NCBI GenBank assembly: GCA_038143065.1
Contig: JAYQLI010000035.1
Span: forward strand, 1,856,894-1,920,893
Length of the DNA stretch: 64,000 nt
Direction: 5' to 3'
From: Rhodospirillales bacterium
GTDB lineage: Bacteria; Pseudomonadota; Alphaproteobacteria; Bin95
A program made the position numbers and the translations under genes. Positions within the stretch are counted from its first letter, which is position 1. Every line of letters starts with the position of its first letter. Shown here one piece after another: positions 11,252 to 22,321 of the stretch. The notes beneath the pieces are model-generated. The model worked only from the letters and a program-made list of their open reading frames with translations. It did not search any database and was not told where the DNA came from.

Positions 11252-12152
11252 CTTTCCTGCAAATTGATTTGCCGGCGATGACGCTTGCCATTCTAGCTGG
11301 ACTAACTGCTGCCCTAGTCGGCAACTTACTAATTTTACGAAGGCAAGCTTTGATGGGAGATGCTCTATCCCATATGGTGTTACCGGGCATTGTTGGTGGT
11401 TATGTCATTAGTGGCCACCCAAAAAGCTGGACTATAGTTGGTGGCGCATTATTAGCGGGCCTTCTGGGCGCTGGCCTCATTTCTCTAATTCAACGACTTG
11501 GTCGATTAGATGCAGCAACAGCGATGGGAGTGGTCTTGACCACCATGTTTGCTGCTGGCGTACTTTTAATTGAAACAATCAATATTTCTGACATCCATCT
11601 TGACATCGAGCATGCATTATACGGGAGCCTCGAGAGTGTGATTTGGCTTTACCCGGTGGGCTGGAAAGATATCTTTAACCCGGCTGCTTGGGCTGACCTA
11701 CCCCGAGAAATACCCTTTATTGCAGGAACCTTTCTTACCTTAGCAACCGCATTTTTCCTCTCTGCCAAGGAGATAAGGTTAGTAACATTTGATCCCAGCT
11801 TTAGTGCCACTCTAGGTATACCTTTCTGGCTTACAGAATTATTAATTAACTGCGCTGTAGCTATTGCAGTAGTAGCTGCATTTGATGCCGTTGGCTCAAT
11901 CTTAGTGATATCAATGCTCATTTGCCCAACTGCAACAGCGAGACTAATCACCAATCGCTTTAACCTTCAGATAGGGTCAGCCTTTTTATTGCGGCTTTCA
12001 GCGCTCTATTTGGGTATGTCTTCGCGGTATGGGGAGCTCCATATCTTGGTTCTCCAGGGGCAGTAAACGCGGCGGGCGGTATCGCGTGTGTGGCAGGTGC
12101 CATCTTGGTTTCAACATCTATTTTGCATGTACTGTTGCAGAAAAGAGCATAA
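11248..12152 (+). CDS. Metal ABC transporter permease (ABC-3 family), second subunit; frameshift near 11985
   Basis: ALMGDALSHMVLPG, AFDAVGSILV; the hydrophobic C-terminus continues in the shifted frame to TAA at 12150-12152. Confidence 0.82.
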
Positions 12153-12191
12153 GGCTGCTAACAAATATCTATGATCATTTCTGGTCGAAAT

Positions 12192-13418
12192 ATGCAGCAT
12201 TTTATCGCCCTTTTGTTGTTAGGTTTTGCTTGTTTTTCACCTAGCGATAGCTTGGCACGAGAGAAGCCGCCAAAAGCTTTTCTGGCTATCGATGGGGCTT
12301 CGGGACAGGAGCTGCTATCTGAGTCACCAGACCTCAAAATTTATCCAGCATCTCTAACCAAGATGATGACTTTATATCTACTATTTGATGATCTGAGTGG
12401 TGGACGGTTAAAACTCGGCACCCGTATTCGATTTTCAGCTAATGCCGCAGCGCAGCCCCCATCTAAACTTGGCATCCCTAGAGGCCAGAGCATCACAGTA
12501 GAGAAGGCTATTTATGCACTAGCCGTTAAGTCGGCTAACGACGTAGCAGTTGCCGTTGCTGAGCGGCTATCAAAGTCGGAAAAAAATTTCGCAGCCCGAA
12601 TGAATAGAAAAGCACGCGCCATTGGCATGTCACGGACTAATTTCGTAAATGCCTCTGGGCTTCATAATCGCGCCCAAACCTCAACGCCTCGCGATTTGGC
12701 GATGCTCAGCCGCGCACTGCTTTATAAGCACAAACGATATTTTAAATACTTTAATGCACAATATTTCAGACATGGGCGTAGAACCGTTTATAGCCACAAT
12801 AACTTTATGAAAAGGTATGAAGGTGCCGATGGAATAAAAACTGGTTACATTCGAGCCTCTGGTTTCAATTTAGCGGCATCAGCAGTCAAAAATGGTCGGC
12901 GCCTGATTGCCGTCATAGCTGGAGGAGAGTCAGGAGCAGAACGCGATCGTGAAATGATGCGAATCATGGATAAAGGTTTCTATCTAGCCGAAGGACTTGA
13001 AAAACCGCGTTATGCTGGAATAGCGCCTGTTTCCTTAGACTTTCAAACTGGGGAACCGGCCGTTCCTCCCACGCGTGACTTCATTGCACAATTTCTAGAA
13101 AACTCGTCAGAAGACAAAGACGCATCTACTGATTACCAAATATCAGAAGGCGATACCGACAATGATGCTGCCCCAATTTATGCTAGCCAATTGGGCGCCT
13201 TAAGCTCACCAAAAGCAGCGCGCTCGCTAGCTAATAGAAGACTGGAAGAACTTGGCCCTGTCGCTCTAGGGGGAACTTTGAAAGTCAAACCATTAACACT
13301 GAAAAATGGAAAGAAGCTTTTCAGAGCTAGGATTGTCGGGCTAACAGACGACCAAGCAGAGAAAGCTTGCCATATTCTTAAGAATGATGGCAAAGACTGC
13401 CTTGTCATAAGGCCCTAG
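12192..13418 (+). CDS. D-alanyl-D-alanine carboxypeptidase (peptidase S11) with C-terminal SPOR-like domain
   Basis: Signal peptide; SxxK (ASLTK), SxN (KSAND), KTG (GIKTGY); C-terminal QLGA..FRARIVGL..C..C. Confidence 0.88.
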   Translation: MQHFIALLLLGFACFSPSDSLAREKPPKAFLAIDGASGQELLSESPDLKIYPASLTKMMTLYLLFDDLSGGRLKLGTRIRFSANAAAQPPSKLGIPRGQSITVEKAIYALAVKSANDVAVAVAERLSKSEKNFAARMNRKARAIGMSRTNFVNASGLHNRAQTSTPRDLAMLSRALLYKHKRYFKYFNAQYFRHGRRTVYSHNNFMKRYEGADGIKTGYIRASGFNLAASAVKNGRRLIAVIAGGESGAERDREMMRIMDKGFYLAEGLEKPRYAGIAPVSLDFQTGEPAVPPTRDFIAQFLENSSEDKDASTDYQISEGDTDNDAAPIYASQLGALSSPKAARSLANRRLEELGPVALGGTLKVKPLTLKNGKKLFRARIVGLTDDQAEKACHILKNDGKDCLVIRP

Positions 13419-13435
13419 CCTTCATGGTAAACTTA

Positions 13436-14593
13436 CTATTGGCGCGGAGCTGCCCCACTTCTTTGAGCTGCTTCGGGCTTATCGATAACGTCCTGGGAAG
13501 TAGCCGTCAGACGCTTCGATTTGTAATCTGTTAAACGATATGCCCAACCATTTACTCGACTGTCTAAAAGCTTTGCTTCTTTGGCTACTTCGTCCTGAGT
13601 CTTCATTTGTTGAGCGATACGTGCTTCCTCCGTATCAGCATCACGCTTGAAGTTAATGAACGTTTCCAAATCAGAAGATCGCTTGCCCATTTCAACAAGT
13701 ACTTTTGACCAAACTTTACTATCGTCTTGAAGGGCGGAGTAAAATTTGAGACGCAAGCCATCAAAGGTTTCATAAACTGTTTCAACAGAATGATCCCACT
13801 TCAGACGTTCCGCCGGTTTTACGTCCTCTAAAATCATAAAGTCGGGAACGCGTGCGATATTAGAAAGCTCATGATTGGGTTTAGCTTGAAAGCCAGTGGG
13901 AATTTTAATGCCTAACTCATATTCACTCTGATCTGGTGTGGTTTTTGATATTGTGACTATTTCTTCCACACCACCCATTTTTTTATTTGAGTGCTGTATG
14001 CGTGTGGAGCGAATACGACGACCATCTACATTTACTACTGATCTATCCAAAAGGTCTAACGTTCTGCGACGAGGCTTAACTTCGTCTTTCACCAACCAAG
14101 TTTGGTCCTCCTCATACAATCGAACGAAGGTACCACCGCCATGTTGGGGCGGACTCACAAGCCCAAAAATTACGTCAGCAACATCTTTACCTGAGACCTT
14201 GAGGGTTACTCTGGTCCCTTTAGTGCCATCGCCACTCGGGTCATCCAAGTTTAAACGCGCATGGTTTTGCGGTTTGGCAGTTTTTGGTTCTATCGTCTCC
14301 AGCGTGGCTACTTGCTTCAAGAGAATTGAAACACGATCTGGATTTGCGCGGTAATTGTGATGATTTTGGACCATCCAAATATCTTTATTGCGCGCGAGAT
14401 CTATAACGCCCCCCTCCTGACTTTCCACACGGATCATGTCGACGTCATTAACGCGCGACTGCAACTTGGGGAGGAGCAAACCTCCCTCATACGCTTCCGA
14501 ATGCAAGGCCTTTCGGTCTTGGCTAAAGTAGTAAGCGCCGCCACTGATTAATACGACTATGGCAGACAAGACTGTAAAAATACGGATGTTCAT
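13436..14593 (-). CDS. DUF4340 domain membrane-anchored protein of a Gld-like ABC system
   Basis: Single N-terminal TM; EPKT..HARLNLDDP and TFDGL motifs; last gene of the gldA/F/G-like operon. Confidence 0.72.
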   Translation of the reverse strand: MNIRIFTVLSAIVVLISGGAYYFSQDRKALHSEAYEGGLLLPKLQSRVNDVDMIRVESQEGGVIDLARNKDIWMVQNHHNYRANPDRVSILLKQVATLETIEPKTAKPQNHARLNLDDPSGDGTKGTRVTLKVSGKDVADVIFGLVSPPQHGGGTFVRLYEEDQTWLVKDEVKPRRRTLDLLDRSVVNVDGRRIRSTRIQHSNKKMGGVEEIVTISKTTPDQSEYELGIKIPTGFQAKPNHELSNIARVPDFMILEDVKPAERLKWDHSVETVYETFDGLRLKFYSALQDDSKVWSKVLVEMGKRSSDLETFINFKRDADTEEARIAQQMKTQDEVAKEAKLLDSRVNGWAYRLTDYKSKRLTATSQDVIDKPEAAQRSGAAPRQ

Positions 14594-14625
14594 TGAATTA
14601 CGCGCTCCCTAAGCGCTTCTCTGCA

Positions 14626-16617
14626 TCAAACTTTGCCGAAGGTTGCAGCGAATGTCTTTCGCCGGCGACTACGCCAAACTGCAGCTATTATTGCGATGAT
14701 GCCGACAGCTAATGGCATTCCAGCGATATTTGCAGCTTTTATCCAGCCATTTAGCTCTTCAACATCCGACCGAAGTGCAAACTGGACATCTCTCAGCTCC
14801 TTGCGGATGCGAAGTACTTCTTCCTGAAATTTTTCTATCTGAGCTTTCTGCTGATCGGAAAGAACAATTCGTGCATCACCGGAAGGGTCCGTTGCCTTAC
14901 GAACTTCTCCAAGTTGCTTTTCGGTGGACGCGAGACTTAACAGAAGTTCTTGCTCTTTCGCACGGAAGTCACGCTCAGCTTCACGCTGTATGTCTTCGAT
15001 TAGGGTAAAAGGCCTTTGGAACCCACCCCTGCTGCGAAGGCTAATAAGGTCTGCAGAACCGGTCATATTGTCCAGGAGGTTCTGGAACCAAGCACCATTA
15101 TTGGAGGTTGGGACGGAGATCCGTTGACCAAACATATCGCGAACCTGAACCCAAAGTCCGTCAGCAAGCATATCAACATCGGCGGTCAGTACGATGTTCA
15201 CATTGCTCTTAGCCTCTAACAAATGCCTAGCCTTACGAACTTCCCAAATTTGTTCGGCTTTTGCCTTTTCCTCACCCTTAATGTCATCTTGGTTAAGAGC
15301 TTTTGGCTTCGGCGGCCCTCCTGGGAACGCTGTTTTTGCCTTACCTAACAATCGAGCAGAAATTACTTGTTTTCCTTCCGCCTTCATATCATTTGCAACG
15401 CCCAGGATATCTGGCTGTTGCCCTTGAATCCGGGCTACATCTACTGTCCCACCTTGGCTTGATGTTTGGATCAAGGGCTCAATTGTCAGACCATCACCTT
15501 TCTGGATGATGTGTCCTGGCGATGCAATACGGAAGGCCTCAAGCTGGCTTGTCGTAATGTCATCGCCAGAAAAATCGCCTTTTCGAAGTTCCATCCAAAG
15601 GGGGTAAAGGACGGCTTGAACTCTCGTCCGACTATCGTCAGGCACACGGACTTTTCGACCATTCTTCAGATCGCCGGCCAATACATCCGCTGGAATATCG
15701 ACGCCCCAGGCATCCATAAGTTTTTGAATATTACGGGTAGACCCATAATCTCCGCGCTGCCCACCCATACCAGGCGGACGGCTTGCATCCGCTTCTGAAT
15801 GCGGATCGACGAAAATTAGAACCCTTCCTCCGTTTAATGCGAATTGATCTATTGCATACAGTGAAAGGTCAGAGAGTATTGGAGGGTGGATCAAAATTAG
15901 GAGATCGAGATTTATTGGGAGCTCTTCAGCTTGAGGAGGCAACTCAATGATATCAAAAAGATTTTGCGCCTGAGCCCAAACCATCCAGCTATCATCTGGG
16001 CCACCACCAGGCAACACCATAGCGCGGTTTCTCTGCGAACCTGCGATAGGTAGCTTAGTGATTACACCAATACGAGGCTTCTCAGGATTTGCAAGGCCAT
16101 AAACTAACCGAGCCAGGTCATATTCAAGGAATTTTTCTCGCTGTTCATCAAAAAATGGAATCGCTAGCTGACTATTTGTCGAATTAGTTCCAGCCAATCC
16201 AAAATAAACCGTCTCTCCTGTCTGATCTACAGGCACTCCCTTCAAACCAAAGCCTACTGCACGATCCTCTACGTCAGTAAACGGCTCGGGATCATAAACT
16301 TCCAAGCGTATTTTACCGGAACTTTCAGCAGAAAACTCCTCGAGCATATCTTGGACACGCTGGCCATAGATCCCAAGCTGTGGAATTTCTCGTGATAAGC
16401 GGCTGGAAAAATAAAAGCGCAACGTTACTGGCTCATCCAAATTGGAGAGCACATTGCGGGTACCCTGCGATAAAGTAAAAAGACCGTCGTCTGTTAAGTC
16501 AATTCGGCTCGATCTAAGAGCATTATTCGAGAGCATCACTGTTGCCACAAAACCAATGGCAATGACGGATAGGGTAAGCGCCACAAGTGCGCCACTTCGC
16601 GTTTTCCTTTGAGACAT
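14626..16617 (-). CDS. GldG-family ABC auxiliary component
   Basis: RIDLTDDGLFTLSQGT, DPEPFT, YFGLAGTNS, LEYDL, YAIDQF..GG..LIFVDP, LISLRSRG; coiled coil and C-terminal TM. Confidence 0.85.
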   Translation of the reverse strand: MSQRKTRSGALVALTLSVIAIGFVATVMLSNNALRSSRIDLTDDGLFTLSQGTRNVLSNLDEPVTLRFYFSSRLSREIPQLGIYGQRVQDMLEEFSAESSGKIRLEVYDPEPFTDVEDRAVGFGLKGVPVDQTGETVYFGLAGTNSTNSQLAIPFFDEQREKFLEYDLARLVYGLANPEKPRIGVITKLPIAGSQRNRAMVLPGGGPDDSWMVWAQAQNLFDIIELPPQAEELPINLDLLILIHPPILSDLSLYAIDQFALNGGRVLIFVDPHSEADASRPPGMGGQRGDYGSTRNIQKLMDAWGVDIPADVLAGDLKNGRKVRVPDDSRTRVQAVLYPLWMELRKGDFSGDDITTSQLEAFRIASPGHIIQKGDGLTIEPLIQTSSQGGTVDVARIQGQQPDILGVANDMKAEGKQVISARLLGKAKTAFPGGPPKPKALNQDDIKGEEKAKAEQIWEVRKARHLLEAKSNVNIVLTADVDMLADGLWVQVRDMFGQRISVPTSNNGAWFQNLLDNMTGSADLISLRSRGGFQRPFTLIEDIQREAERDFRAKEQELLLSLASTEKQLGEVRKATDPSGDARIVLSDQQKAQIEKFQEEVLRIRKELRDVQFALRSDVEELNGWIKAANIAGMPLAVGIIAIIAAVWRSRRRKTFAATFGKV

Positions 16618-16622
16618 ATCCC

Positions 16623-17356
16623 TCAACCCGCTTTCTTGTAGTCAATAACTGCCATGGCTGCGAGTAGCCAAGCGGCTATGAGCGCAATGAAATAAACAAG
16701 ATCCTTGAATGCGATAACGCCTTTCACGATTTGATTGAAATGAGGCAAAATCGATATGTCAGCAATTGTATCAAGGACTGCCTTCCCTACGAATTCTGAA
16801 ATCAAATCAGTAAGAAAACCTGCTCCACCAGCAGTGAAGATAAATGCGACGGTAACGGTGAGCACAAAAGCAATCACTTGGTTCTTAGTTGCCGCCGAGA
16901 GGCAAGAGCCAATTGCCAAGTAGCCCCCAGCCATTAGAAAGAAGCTAAGTAGCTGGCTAAAATTACACCATTATCTGGTTGACCGAGAATGTTAACGGTC
17001 ACCCACATGGGAAAAGTGAGAGAAAGAGCAAGCCCAAGGAACAGCCATGCTGCTAGAAACTTTCCTAAAACCGCGGCCCAAAGCGGGATCGGCAGCGTCA
17101 GAAATAACTCGATAGTCCCTTGACGCCGCTCCTCTGCCCACAGACGCATTGAAAGTGCAGGAGCGAAGAAAAGATAAAGCCATGGATGGAAATTAAAAAA
17201 CACTTGGAGGTCGGCATTGCCCCGCTCCAAGAAATAACCAACGAAGAAAGTGAAAGCGGCGCTTACTGCAAGAAAAATAACTAGAAAAATTGCCGCTATA
17301 GGAGTAGCAAAATATCCTGCAAATTCTCGCTTTGCGACAGTGTAAAGAGCACCCAT
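16623..17356 (-). CDS. GldF-like ABC-2 permease; frameshift near 16938
   Basis: KREFAGYFATPIA and MRLWAEERRQGTIELFLTLP in ORF 16934..17356 continue in ORF 16623..16934 (SAATKNQVIAF). Confidence 0.85.
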
Positions 17357-18318
17357 CAGGCTGCCTCCCGCTTGTGAGAACTTACTGTGAGTTGTCGGAA
17401 AAGGTCTTCCAGCGCAGTTGCTTCAGGGCGAATAGAAACTATGTCTAGGTTCTCCTCGGAAAGACAATTAGTGAGGGTATTTAAAATTAATTCCCCGCGG
17501 ACGGGCACCACGATCAACTTACTCAAACCATCCGCTAGAGTTTGAGAGCGCACCTCCTGCACTTGGTTTTGAGCCTCTAAAATTGAGAGCGCCTGCGAAA
17601 CTTTTTCTTTCGGCAAAACAACGGAGAGAGCATTGAAAAGAGGAGAACGCTCTGCCAACTGGCCTGGAGCACCGTCGGCGATGACCTTTCCATCGGCTAT
17701 GATGACGGCGCGCGAGCATATAGCGTCAACCTCTTCCAAAATATGGGTAGAGATAATGATTGCTTTGTTCGGAGCAATTTCTCGGATTAATTCGCGAACC
17801 TCGTGCTTCTGATTGGGATCCAAACCATCCGTTGGCTCGTCTAAGATCAGTACTTCTGGGTCATGAAGAAGTGCTTGAGCAAGGCCAACCCGACGCTTGA
17901 AACCTTTCGACAAAGTATCAATCGGCTGCATCACAACAGATTGAAGGTTTGTTCGCTCGATAGATTCAACAACTCTTTTTTGGCGGACATCAGAGGGCAG
18001 ATTGCGTACCTCCGCACAGAAATGGAGCAAACTCCATGGCGTCATATCAGGATAGAGCGGTGCCCCTTCAGGAAGGTAACCAAGCACTTTGCGCGCAGAC
18101 ATAGCCGCTGATGCAACATCGTACCCGGCGATAGAAGCGCTACCAGCGGATGGTCTCAAAAAACCTGTTAGCATCTTCATCGTTGTTGATTTACCAGCCC
18201 CATTAGGTCCTAGGAAACCTAAGACCTCACCGCGCTTTACCGTCAGCGATACATTGTCAACAGCTCGCTTCTGGCCAAAATCTTTAACAAGATGATCGGC
18301 CACTATCATGTCCGTCAT
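17356..18318 (-). CDS. GldA-like ABC transporter ATP-binding protein
   Basis: [45 protein letters not shown]. Confidence 0.92.
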   Translation of the reverse strand: MTDMIVADHLVKDFGQKRAVDNVSLTVKRGEVLGFLGPNGAGKSTTMKMLTGFLRPSAGSASIAGYDVASAAMSARKVLGYLPEGAPLYPDMTPWSLLHFCAEVRNLPSDVRQKRVVESIERTNLQSVVMQPIDTLSKGFKRRVGLAQALLHDPEVLILDEPTDGLDPNQKHEVRELIREIAPNKAIIISTHILEEVDAICSRAVIIADGKVIADGAPGQLAERSPLFNALSVVLPKEKVSQALSILEAQNQVQEVRSQTLADGLSKLIVVPVRGELILNTLTNCLSEENLDIVSIRPEATALEDLFRQLTVSSHKREAA

Positions 18319-18682
18319 GACATTCGCCTCCCTAGGCGTCTTAACTTAATTAAGAACCTCCGCACCTAAGGTTTGTCCCTTTTAGGGCTAAACGCTTGAG
18401 AAACGGCACGGCAAATCTCATTGCAATATGGTTCTAAAACCAGCTTTTACTAGGGTAGCCAGCGCCTGTCCAATTAGACTGAGAATTAAATTTTGGTAAC
18501 AAAGGCAAAACCGCAGAACCCATATTTAATTCCATGCTGCACTTCACTTGTGCCCCCTGGATTGGCCAGTCAATTCATCAAGAATTTCCGTCAGTATTTA
18601 TAGCCAATCGTTTTTAAAAGAATTTACTGAAGCCCTTCGCTAAAGTGCAAAAAGCATGTTTATTCAACATCTAAGAATGGAA

Positions 18683-18711
18683 AAAGCTCAGAAGCATAGC
18701 TTCTGAGCTTT
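18683..18711 (-). terminator. Rho-independent terminator downstream of the YccA gene
   Basis: Perfect 13-bp stem AAAGCTCAGAAGC-ATA-GCTTCTGAGCTTT ending in a T-run on the minus strand, about 20 bp after the stop. Confidence 0.8.
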
Positions 18712-18732
18712 CCAACAGACTATATCGTTGTG

Positions 18733-19449
18733 TTATTCCCGGTTGCCTAACAAAGCAAGCAGGAACTGAAACATGTTGACGAAATCAAGGTAAAGCGCCA
18801 CAGCGCCCATTATGGCCATTTTGCCGGCCGTTTCATAACCATGACCTTCGTGATATTGCTCTTTAATGCGCTGTGTGTCCCAGGCCGTCAGACCTGTGAA
18901 GATAAGAACTCCTAAAATAGAAATAGCAAATTGCATAGCGGAGCTTTGAGTAAAGATATTCACGATCATGGCAATCAAAAGACCAATGAGGCCCATGAAC
19001 AAAAATGAACCCATTTTCGCAAGATCACGCTTAGTCGTGTAACCGTACAAACTGGTAGCGGCAAACATGCCTGCCGTGATAAAGAAAACTTTAGCTATCG
19101 ATCCACCAGTATAAACTAGGAAGATTGAGGCCATAGACACGCCCATTGCCGCTGCAAACGCCCAAAAAACCATTTGAAGCGTTGAAAAGGACATTTTTTG
19201 AACACCAAAACTTAGCACCAAAATGAATGCTAAAGGCGCCAACATTGCTATCCATTTCAATGGAGTAAAGAAGATTAACTCAACGGCTGCTTGGCTATTG
19301 GCTATACCAAAGGCCACAAGGCCAGTTAAAATTAAGCCTGCGCACATATAGTTGTAGACGCGAAGCATGTGGGCGCGAAGACCAGCATCATAGCCATCAG
19401 TGGCTACTGAACTGCCAGCTCGCATGTAGTCACGGTCTTGAAGAGCCAT
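18733..19449 (-). CDS. Bax inhibitor-1/YccA family membrane protein
   Basis: DAGLRAHMLRVYNYM, YGYTTKRDL, GLTAWDTQRIK, ALYLDFVNMF. Confidence 0.93.
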   Translation of the reverse strand: MALQDRDYMRAGSSVATDGYDAGLRAHMLRVYNYMCAGLILTGLVAFGIANSQAAVELIFFTPLKWIAMLAPLAFILVLSFGVQKMSFSTLQMVFWAFAAAMGVSMASIFLVYTGGSIAKVFFITAGMFAATSLYGYTTKRDLAKMGSFLFMGLIGLLIAMIVNIFTQSSAMQFAISILGVLIFTGLTAWDTQRIKEQYHEGHGYETAGKMAIMGAVALYLDFVNMFQFLLALLGNRE

Positions 19450-19527
19450 AATTATTTCCCTGTTCATATTATTTTTTAGGTGGTGATTTCTGCCGCCGTA
19501 AACGACCTAAATTTTTACCCTCTAATA

Positions 19528-19556
19528 ATATCGGGATATCTGAGGCTAAGATCAAG
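19528..19556 (-). promoter_or_regulatory. Putative RpoH (sigma32) promoter of the YccA gene
   Basis: Minus strand reads CTTGAT-N15-CCCGATAT, close to the CTTGAA-N13/17-CCCCATNT consensus. Confidence 0.5.
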
Positions 19557-19677
19557 GTTTTGTTAAATAAAGTACGCGCAGCTTTTTTTAGACGGCAAAG
19601 AGGAATTAATTAGTTATGCAGCTACAAATATATTATTTACGGTAACTGCCGGTCCTTTAAGCCACCGAATTTGAAAC

Positions 19678-21165
19678 CTACCGTTTATTTGATCTAAAAA
19701 ATAAAACAATTGGTGCGGCAATCGCAGGCGCAATTGTCATAAGATGAAAAGCGTTTATGTAACCCGCCATTACAGCTTGCCTCCGAACCTCTTCTTGGGC
19801 CACTACAGCAAAGCTTCTACTGCTAACGTCCCCAAATCGCTGCACCCAAGGTTCAAGAAGCTCCGCATTAAAAACCGAAACATAACCGATAAGGTTTGAA
19901 TAAGCTTCTGCAGCAGAATTCAAAAAAACGACAAATGTAATAGCAATAAAGAGACTGCTCCCCATCATTCGCAGCAAGCTAAAAATAGCATTGCCTTGGG
20001 TTAATAAGCGCGTTTCCAAGGTTGAAAAAGCCAAGGCAGCCATTGGCGTATAAGCTAAACCAAAGCCAAATCCATGGAGGAGATTAGTCCACATAACCTC
20101 ATTTTCTGTCATATTCATATCAAGCTGGCCCATCCATGCGCCTGCTCCTGCTTGGATAAGTAAACCTGCTGCCAAGGTAGCTTTGGCATTAATGCGTGTA
20201 AGCTGGGCCACAACAAAAAAGCTAATGAAATTTCCAACCCCGCGCATCGCTATCAGAACCCCTATAATAGATTCCGGGTATCCTCGCAGGTCCTGTAATA
20301 ATGGAGGGAATAACGCCATTGGCGTAAATTGCATCATCCCCATAACGAGGGCGAAAAAAATCCCGAGTACAAAATTACGATCTTTAAAAACTGCTCCTTC
20401 AAATAGAGGTGTTGGTGAAAGGCGTGAATGAATAACAAAGAAATAGATACACGCCGCGGCTACGCAGGACTGAATAACTATTTCAGTAGAGTCGAACCAA
20501 TCTTCTCGCTGCCCTCTGTCAAACACCAGCTGCAAACATCCAACCGCTATAGCGATCAGCCAAAAACCAATGAAATCAAATCGCCGAGCAGCTCCTTTCT
20601 CCTCATTGCCGAGTGAAAGTATTACAGGCAAACACGCGAGGGCGCCTAGCGGTAGGATCATATAGAACGACCACCGCCACCCTAATAAGTCAGCAACCAC
20701 TCCTCCGAAGGTTGGCCCTAATATCGGGCCCATCACTCCTCCAACACCCCACATCATCAATGCCATGGGATGCTGTGCGCGCTCAAAGCGAGCGAGGATG
20801 ATTGACTGCCCAAGCGGGAATATGGGAGCGCCAAGAGCGCCTTGAATGACACGAAAAACAAGAAGTGTTTCAAGACTTTCTGCCAAGCCACACGCAACTG
20901 AAGCAAGCGTGAAACCTATCACCGAACCTAGCATAAGACGCCGCCACCCTAGCTTACCTGCGAGCCAGCCGGTAAGCGGAGTTGCTGCAGCAGTTGCCAC
21001 AAGATTGAGAGTTAGCACCCAAGCAATTTGATCTTGAGTTGCAGAGAGAGCACCTTTCATTTGGGGTAGAATTACTGTGACACTAGTCACCGTAGCACCA
21101 AACAGAACAGTGCATGCTTGGACGGTTGCCAGCGTCAGCCACTGCTTGCCCGTGAAGCCCATCAT
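19678..21165 (-). CDS. DHA2 (EmrB/QacA) family MFS efflux transporter
   Basis: LSATQDQIAWVLT, FRVIQG, GPILGPTFGG, LGWRWSF, DRGQREDWFDS; about 14 hydrophobic segments. Confidence 0.88.
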   Translation of the reverse strand: MMGFTGKQWLTLATVQACTVLFGATVTSVTVILPQMKGALSATQDQIAWVLTLNLVATAAATPLTGWLAGKLGWRRLMLGSVIGFTLASVACGLAESLETLLVFRVIQGALGAPIFPLGQSIILARFERAQHPMALMMWGVGGVMGPILGPTFGGVVADLLGWRWSFYMILPLGALACLPVILSLGNEEKGAARRFDFIGFWLIAIAVGCLQLVFDRGQREDWFDSTEIVIQSCVAAACIYFFVIHSRLSPTPLFEGAVFKDRNFVLGIFFALVMGMMQFTPMALFPPLLQDLRGYPESIIGVLIAMRGVGNFISFFVVAQLTRINAKATLAAGLLIQAGAGAWMGQLDMNMTENEVMWTNLLHGFGFGLAYTPMAALAFSTLETRLLTQGNAIFSLLRMMGSSLFIAITFVVFLNSAAEAYSNLIGYVSVFNAELLEPWVQRFGDVSSRSFAVVAQEEVRRQAVMAGYINAFHLMTIAPAIAAPIVLFFRSNKR

Positions 21166-21487
21166 GCCAGTTTGGTGTCTCCTAATTTCAAGATTTCATA
21201 AGCCAGAATATATGTTGCAAATCTGCGCGGCTTGATTTTCTAAAGCAGCATAAAAGCGACTAGAGTTAAAAAGCACTCTTTTAATTAAAGGCAATACCTA
21301 AATTTTTTCTCAAACCTTTTTTATTTACAGCCTCTTTTCAGAGCCCACTTTCTTCTGCTTTTTTTAGGTCTTGCAGCATACCCAATAGCACTTGTACTTC
21401 CACCAGCAGATAATTGGTTGGATTGCCCCCACATCAATCACAGTGCAGGCTTCCTATAGCGAATACAAAATAAAAAGCGAGAAGACT

Positions 21488-22321
21488 ATGGGAGAACTTG
21501 ACGGCAGAGTTGCAGTAATCACAGGGGGTGCTAGCGGAATAGGTGAGGCAACAGTAAAACTTTTCGTGGAAGAGGGTGCCCGCGTTATAATAGCTGATAT
21601 GCAGCGTGAACGCGGAGAAGCGCTTGCCTCATCTTTAGGTGACCAAGCAGCTTTTACGCACTGCGAAGTCAGGCAAGAAAATCACATTAAAGAGGCTATT
21701 GGCCTCGCAGTTGAGCGATGGGGACGGCTCGATTGCATGTTCAATAATGCCGGCTTTGGAGGCGCTTTAGGCCCTCTTGAAGAGATACCAGTTGAAGAAT
21801 TCGATATGACCTTTGATGTTTTAGTAAAGGGTGTTTTTCTAGGTATCAAGCACGCGACGCCTATTATGCGCAACCAAGGTTCTGGCTCCATAATTAATAC
21901 TGGGTCCATTGCAGGAGTGACAGTTGGACGGGGGCCATTGGTGTATTCTGCTGCTAAAGCCGCTGTTATTCACATGACTAAAACAGCAGCTATGCCACTA
22001 GGTGAGAATTCAATACGCTGCAACTGCATTTGCCCAGGCGCAATTGCTACCCCGTTGTCCGCAAATACTGTTGGAAGACCCGACAGTCTTATAGACGACA
22101 AAATTGATGATTACCGTCATCAGCAACCAATCCCCCGGCCTGGTGTTCCTAAAGACATTGCTGATCTTGCCTTGTTCTTGGCGAGTGACCGATCGACCTT
22201 TATCACGGGGCAAGCAATCGTTGTGGACGGTGCGGGGGCTAGCGGCGTTTTCTGGGCAGATCAAAAACTGGCCTACAAAACCCACCGGCCACTAAGAGTA
22301 TATAACCCAGACTTAGATTGA
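21488..22321 (+). CDS. Short-chain dehydrogenase/reductase (classical SDR)
   Basis: ITGGASGIG, FNNAG, YSAAK, ICPG; start placed at MGELDGRVA. Confidence 0.9.
   Translation: MGELDGRVAVITGGASGIGEATVKLFVEEGARVIIADMQRERGEALASSLGDQAAFTHCEVRQENHIKEAIGLAVERWGRLDCMFNNAGFGGALGPLEEIPVEEFDMTFDVLVKGVFLGIKHATPIMRNQGSGSIINTGSIAGVTVGRGPLVYSAAKAAVIHMTKTAAMPLGENSIRCNCICPGAIATPLSANTVGRPDSLIDDKIDDYRHQQPIPRPGVPKDIADLALFLASDRSTFITGQAIVVDGAGASGVFWADQKLAYKTHRPLRVYNPDLD

Noticed and set aside
18403-18425. Sigma54-like GGCAC..TTGC motif
   Set aside because: The GG-to-GC spacing does not fit -24/-12, and no plus-strand gene follows
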